A DNA stretch of 13,323 nt, taken from NCBI RefSeq assembly GCF_006345805.1, contig NW_021826170.1, forward strand, positions 1-13,323, in the 5' to 3' direction. This document shows, in pieces, positions 8,748 through 13,323 of the stretch (position 1 is its first letter; the number at the start of each line of letters is the position of its first letter). Under the pieces are notes generated by a model. It saw only the letters and a program-made list of their open reading frames with translations, ran no database searches and was not told where the DNA came from. The translations under genes and the position numbers were made by a program. This stretch comes from Octopus sinensis (lineage: Eukaryota).

Positions 8748-8970
8748 GGTGGCGAGCTCGCAGAATCGCTAGCACACCGGGCGAAATTCTTAGCGGTATT
8801 TCGTCTCTCTTTACGTTCTGAGTTAAAATTCTGCCGTCCTACTTTCCCTTTCATCCTACCAGGAGCGATAAATAAATTACCAGTGAAATACTGGGGTCGA
8901 AGTAATCGACACATCCCCTCTCCCAAAATTGCTCCCCCAACGTGGCAAAGTTTGAAACCATTGTTATTAT
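8748..8970 (+). mobile_element. Family M SINE copy 3
   Basis: Head ggtggcgagctcgcagaatcg; body carries the diagnostic cctaccaggagcgataaataaattacc variant. Confidence 0.9.
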
Positions 8971-8991
8971 AACTTTTTAAAAAATCTGTTA

Positions 8992-9575
8992 GGCGACGAG
9001 CTGGCAGAAACGTTAGCATGCCGGGCGAAATGCTTAACGGTATTTCGTCTGCCATTATGTTCTGAGTTCAAATTCCGCCGAGGTCACTTTGCCTTTCATC
9101 CTTCCGGGGTCGATAAATTAAGTACCAGTTACGCACTGGGGTCGATATAATTGACTTAATCCGTTTGTCTATTCTTGTTTGTCCTCTCTGTGTTTAGCCC
9201 CTTGTGGGTAGTAAAGAAATAGGTATTTCGCCTGGCGTTACGTTCTGATTTCAAATTCCGCGGGGGTCGACTTTGCTTTTCATCCTTTCGGGGTCGATGA
9301 ATTAAGTACCAGTTACGCACTGGGGTCGATGTAATCGACTTAATCCGTTTGTCTGTCCTTGTTTTCCCCTCTGTGTTTAGCCCCTTGTGGGTAGTTAAAA
9401 ATAAGTATTTCGTTTGAAATACTAGTTCAAATTCCGCCGAGGTCGACTTTGCCCTTCATCCTACCAGGAGCGATAAATAAATTACCAGTGAAATACTAGG
9501 GTCGATGTAATCGACACATCCCCCCTCCCAAAATGGCTCCCCCAAAGTGGCAAAATTTGAAACCATTATAATTAT
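8992..9575 (+). mobile_element. Family M SINE trimer: head, two ~183-bp units (9039-9221, 9222-9403) and a terminal body of the copy-3 type
   Basis: Same unit and junction (aaagaaata|ggtatttcg) as the minus-strand array at 3591-4142; about 90% identical to it in inverted orientation. Confidence 0.9.
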
Positions 9576-9593
9576 AACTAAAAGAATCGGTTA

Positions 9594-9770
9594 GGTGGCG
9601 GGTGGAATGCTTAGCGGTGTTTCATCATCCACCACATTCTGAGGTCGACTTTGCCTTTCATCCTAGCGGAAGCGATAAATTACGTGCCAGTCAGATACTG
9701 AATTTCATGTAATCGACTGTCCTGCTCCCCACAAATTCCAGGCTTTGTGCCTATAGTAGAAAGGATAATT
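9594..9770 (+). mobile_element. Family M SINE, internally deleted copy
   Basis: Deleted head, retained gaggtcgactttgcctttcatcc, tail caggctttgtgcctatagtagaaaggat. Confidence 0.8.
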
Positions 9771-9779
9771 AAAAGAATA

Positions 9780-9996
9780 GGTGAAATAGCAGAATCGTTA
9801 GCACGCCGGGCGAAATGCTTCGCGGCATTTCCTCCGTCTTTACGTTCCGAGTCTTAAATTCCGCCGAGGTCGACTTTGCTTTTTCACCCTCTTAGGGTTG
9901 ATAAATAAGTACCAGTTTATTCCTAGGGTCAGTGTAATCGACTCACCCCTTCCCCTGAAATTGCTAACCTTGTGCCAAAATTTAAAATCAATATTA
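9780..9996 (+). mobile_element. Family M SINE, last copy of the array
   Basis: Head gcagaatcgttagcacgccgggcg, tail ccttgtgccaaaatttaaaatc. Confidence 0.85.
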
Positions 9997-10255
9997 TGGT
10001 CCAGCTACTTACATTACAAACGTGTCCCATGTCATATAGCCATGTGCGAAAACTGATAACTTTATAAGTAAACAAGATATCATATATTATCACTTAGTTA
10101 CACTGAACACTTTCTAGTTATCACATTATCAGATATCATAACACCCTATCGAATTTTACCGAATTTAATTCCGATTAATGGTCAACGTGATACTCACCTT
10201 GATTATTAACAATGAAATTCAACACTTATCATGAACAACGTAACATATATAACAG

Positions 10256-10256
<1 letters not shown>

Positions 10257-10295
<39 letters not shown>

Positions 10296-10331
10296 ATATA
10301 TATATATATTGTATGGATATATATATATATC
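10257..10331. repeat. (TA)n microsatellite
   Basis: Read directly from the sequence. Confidence 0.9.
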
Positions 10332-10486
10332 ATATTTAAGATTTCCTTATAGCTAACATGATATCACATGATAATACAAGGCTGGTTATTAGGTATCATT
10401 TCAGGGCGATATCTCGCCCGGAGAAAACACCCACTTAAAAAATATATAAGAAACGTCCATAGATAAATTTTGTATAGATTTTATAA

Positions 10487-10998
10487 GGCGCAGGAGTGGC
10501 TGTGTGGTAAGTAGCTTGGTTACCAACCACATGCTTCCGGGTTCAATCCCACTGTGTTTCACCTCGGGCAAGTGTCTTCTACAATATATATATATATAAG
10601 TGTGTGTGTGTATATGTATATATATTTTATATATATATGTGCATATAGTATATAATATGTATATATATGCTATGTATATATATGTTGTATATATATATTG
10701 CATCTATATATTATATATATATAAGTGTATGTATATATATATATATATGCATATATACTATATGTATGTATGTTATGTATGTATGTTGTATGTATGTATG
10801 TATTTATGTATGTACGTATGTATGTGTGTGCTTCTGTGTTTGTTTCCCAGCTCACATCACTTGACAACTGATGCCGCTGTGCTTATGTCCCAGCAACTTG
10901 GCGTTTGCGGCAACAGAGACCGGTAGAATTTCTGGAGTCGATTTCTTCGATTAAAATCCTTTAAAGTGGTGCTCCAGAATGGCCACATTCAAATGACA
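10487..10998 (+). mobile_element. Family K tRNA-derived SINE: head 10487-10583, expanded internal microsatellite, diverged tail 10830-10998
   Basis: A-box TGGCTGTGTGG (10497-10507), B-box GGTTCAATCCC (10540-10550) and CORE-like cctcgggcaagtgtcttctac. The tail is homologous to 12705-12900 but degraded. Confidence 0.8.
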
Positions 10999-11296
10999 AA
11001 CACACACACACACACACAAATATAATTACACATACACACAAATAAGTATGGATATAGGGTGATCTTTATATATGTGTCGGTATTGGAACTGGTGTTTTTT
11101 GCTTCTATTGTCTCCTGCTATGTCCCCAAGCTTATTGGTACGCACGGACAAAAGTTGAGTAATGTAATAAATGCCTAATTGAATTATTTACTGGAATCGA
11201 TGTAATCAACTGATTCCCTGAAGGCGGAAAATGAAGCCAAGTCGCAATCCCATTTACCTCATTTAATACTGTGTCTAGGGTTCGAGAGAAAGAGTA

Positions 11297-11660
11297 TATA
11301 TGCGTTATATATGTGTGTGTGTGTGTGTGTATGTGTACAGTTATATATATATATATATATGTATGTATATATATAATGTATATATATATATATATATATA
11401 ATATATATCGCATATATAAACACGTACATATATATACATACATATATATTTTATATATAATATATCTATGTATGTATATACATACATATATACATCGATA
11501 TATATATGTGTATACCTATATAGATGTGTACATATATATATGTACGTATATAGATATATATATATATATATATATCTAATATATATATGGTATACCTATG
11601 TACATGTGTACAAATATATATATATATATATAATATATATCTATATTATATATATATTAC

Positions 11661-11720
<60 letters not shown>

Positions 11721-11782
11721 ATGCGCGTGTGTGCGCGTGCGTGTTTGTGTTGTGTAAGTGTGTGTCTGAGTGTGTGTGTATG
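11297..11782. repeat. Large compound (TG)n/(TA)n microsatellite field
   Basis: Read directly from the sequence; source of several spurious ORFs. Confidence 0.9.
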
Positions 11783-12349
11783 CTTGCTTGAGTATTTTTG
11801 GTTTAGAATAACGTGCAAAGTGCTTATAGAACGGCTATTCCCAAAAGCAGTTCTTTCAAGTGCTCTCGAAGGTTCAGAAAATTCTTATATCAGCAATATA
11901 TATATATATATATACACACACACATTATATTTATGTACATATATACATATACGAATGTGTATATGTATGTGCGTTTGTATGTGGGTATACACGTATCTCG
12001 TATATGTATACTTATAGCGTATTTTTCCATCCAACGAGAGATAAATATCACTAAACGCAGGATTTCAATGTGAGACACTATCCTTTTCAGGCTTGTATAG
12101 CGAACGTCCATTGAGGTGTCAGACGCATGAAACCTGTAGAAGCTCGCAATTGAATCATATATAAGTACACACACCACACACACACGCGCACACACACCAC
12201 ACACACACACACACACCACACACACACACAATATTATATATATCTATATATATATTATATATATATGTAGGTCCCGGTTGAGTCGGGTTAAACCACAGTA
12301 AATAAGGTACTCATACATAGGCAGAGTAATTAATTATTTTTATAGAAGG

Positions 12350-12400
12350 AGCTTCTACAGGACTAGAACGGTTTCATTCAAAAGAAATCATCAGGAAGCT
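12350..12400 (-). ncRNA. Mirror-image hammerhead with disrupted stem III (probably impaired)
   Basis: Same fold as 12397-12447, but stem III reads GAAA-ccg...cug-UA, giving a C-U mismatch from the 12370 substitution. Confidence 0.5.
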
Positions 12401-12447
12401 TCCTGATGATTTCTTTTGAATGAAACAGTTCTAGTCCTGTAGAAGCT
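12397..12447 (+). ncRNA. Type I hammerhead ribozyme fold
   Basis: agcuuc CUGAUGA u-uuc-uuuu-gaa-u GAAA cag-uucuaguc-cug UA gaagcu. Stem I is 6 bp, core at 12403-12409 and 12422-12425, stem III is 4 bp, cleavage triplet GUA (after 12441). Caveats: stem II is weak and closed by U-U rather than the usual G-C, and part of stem I comes from the palindrome centre. Confidence 0.72.
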
Positions 12448-12510
12448 CCTTCTATATATATATATACATATATACATATATGCATTGAAATCACATGTAA
12501 GTATATACAT

Positions 12511-12915
12511 GTGGATGTGTGGTAAGTAGCTTGCTTACCAACCACATGGTTATAGGTTCAGTCTCCCACTGCGTGATACCCTGGGCAGGTATCTTCTACT
12601 ATAGCCTCGAGCCAACCAAAGCCTTGTGAGTGGATTTGGTAGACGGAAACTGAAAGAAGCCCGTCGTACATATGTATATATATATGTGGGGGAGGGTCTG
12701 TGTGTGTTTGTCTGTCTATGTTTGTCACCCCAACATCGCTTGACAACCAGATGGTGGTGTGTTTACGTCCCCGTAACTTAGCGGTTCTGCAAAACGGGCC
12801 GATAGACTATGTACTAGGCTTACAAAGCATAAGTTCTGGGGTCGATTTGCTCGACTAAAGGGGGTGCTCCTGCATGGCCGCAGTCAAATGACTGAAACAA
12901 GTAAAAGAGTAAAAG
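12511..12915 (+). mobile_element. Near full-length family K tRNA-derived SINE (CORE-like head, internal microsatellite, 3' gtaaaaga repeat)
   Basis: Head gtggatgtgtggtaagtagcttgc, B-box-like ggttcagtc, CORE-like ccctgggcaggtatcttctactatagcc and complete tail. It resembles described octopus tRNA-derived SINEs; the exact family name is not asserted. Confidence 0.9.
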
Positions 12916-13189
12916 AATATATACGTATAAGCACATAAATACAGATATATATTACATATACGAACATGTATGTAGGAGTTGATGTATAACGAGAGATATG
13001 GAGAGTGTTTATATATGTATGTGCGTAGAAGTTTATGCATATCTGAATACGAGGACGTATGTGTGTACGTGAGTGTTTATGAGCGTATAGATGAATGTAA
13101 TTGTATAATACAAAGACGCTTAATATTTTCATTATCTCTTAACTATTATTGAATCATATCGATTACTAACTTGAAATGGTAATAAGACA

Positions 13190-13290
13190 TATATATATGC
13201 ATGTATATATGTATATACATACATATATATATATATATATAAAATCATATATATAATATATATAATATATATACATATACATATACACAT

Positions 13291-13323
<33 letters not shown>
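13190..13323. repeat. TA/TACA microsatellite running to the window end
   Basis: Read directly from the sequence. Confidence 0.9.

Larger units (their letters stand above)
12267..12456. mobile_element. Putative Penelope-like element remnant: pseudo-LTR fragment on the minus strand plus a truncated inverted copy, inserted in (TA)n
   Basis: A hammerhead-bearing segment reads on the minus strand from 12398 to 12267 into a TA run. Its first 58 bp are duplicated in inverted orientation at 12399-12456, and TA repeats flank both sides. The PLE assignment is inferred from known inverted pLTR structures. Confidence 0.55.
12341..12456. repeat. 116-bp spacer-less palindrome (two 58-bp arms, 1 mismatch)
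   Basis: Centre is AAG|CTT between 12398 and 12399; the only mismatch is 12370 G / 12427 A. Confidence 0.98.

Noticed and set aside
10192-10225. Consensus minus-strand donor AAG|GTGAGT
   Set aside because: No convincing acceptor or meaningful reading frame upstream.
10404-10419. GC-rich hairpin gggcga-tatc-tcgccc
   Set aside because: Isolated 6-bp stem with no ribozyme core or terminator context.
11190-11250. Weak similarity to the family K/M hairpin module
   Set aside because: Too short and degenerate to assign family or strand by eye.
736-13132. Most ORF-track entries (Y/I/C/V/M/H/T-rich peptides)
   Set aside because: They are translations of TA/TG/CA microsatellites, which lack stop codons in some frames; no domain-like content.

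Overview
AT-rich, microsatellite-dense eukaryotic non-coding DNA. The repeat families look like those of octopus (inferred from remembered repeat sequences, not a search). No convincing host protein-coding gene is present; the ORF-track entries are microsatellite or SINE read-throughs. The window is a mosaic of tRNA-derived SINEs (four to five families, including two head-to-tail arrays in opposite orientation), a probable 3' end of an RLE-type (R4/Dong-like) LINE, and simple repeats. The main result is two unrelated type I hammerhead ribozyme folds found by hand. (1) A complete hammerhead on the minus strand at 165-211 (stem I extendable to 150-225) lies inside a 353-bp unit with terminal redundancy (17-74 vs 370-427), the layout expected of a non-LTR retrozyme or Penelope pseudo-LTR that could yield a circular RNA. 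(2) A second hammerhead at 12397-12447 (+) lies inside a 116-bp spacer-less palindrome (12341-12456). The palindrome's single mismatch breaks stem III of the mirror-image copy on the minus strand. Ribozyme activity, transcription and family assignments are untested inferences.
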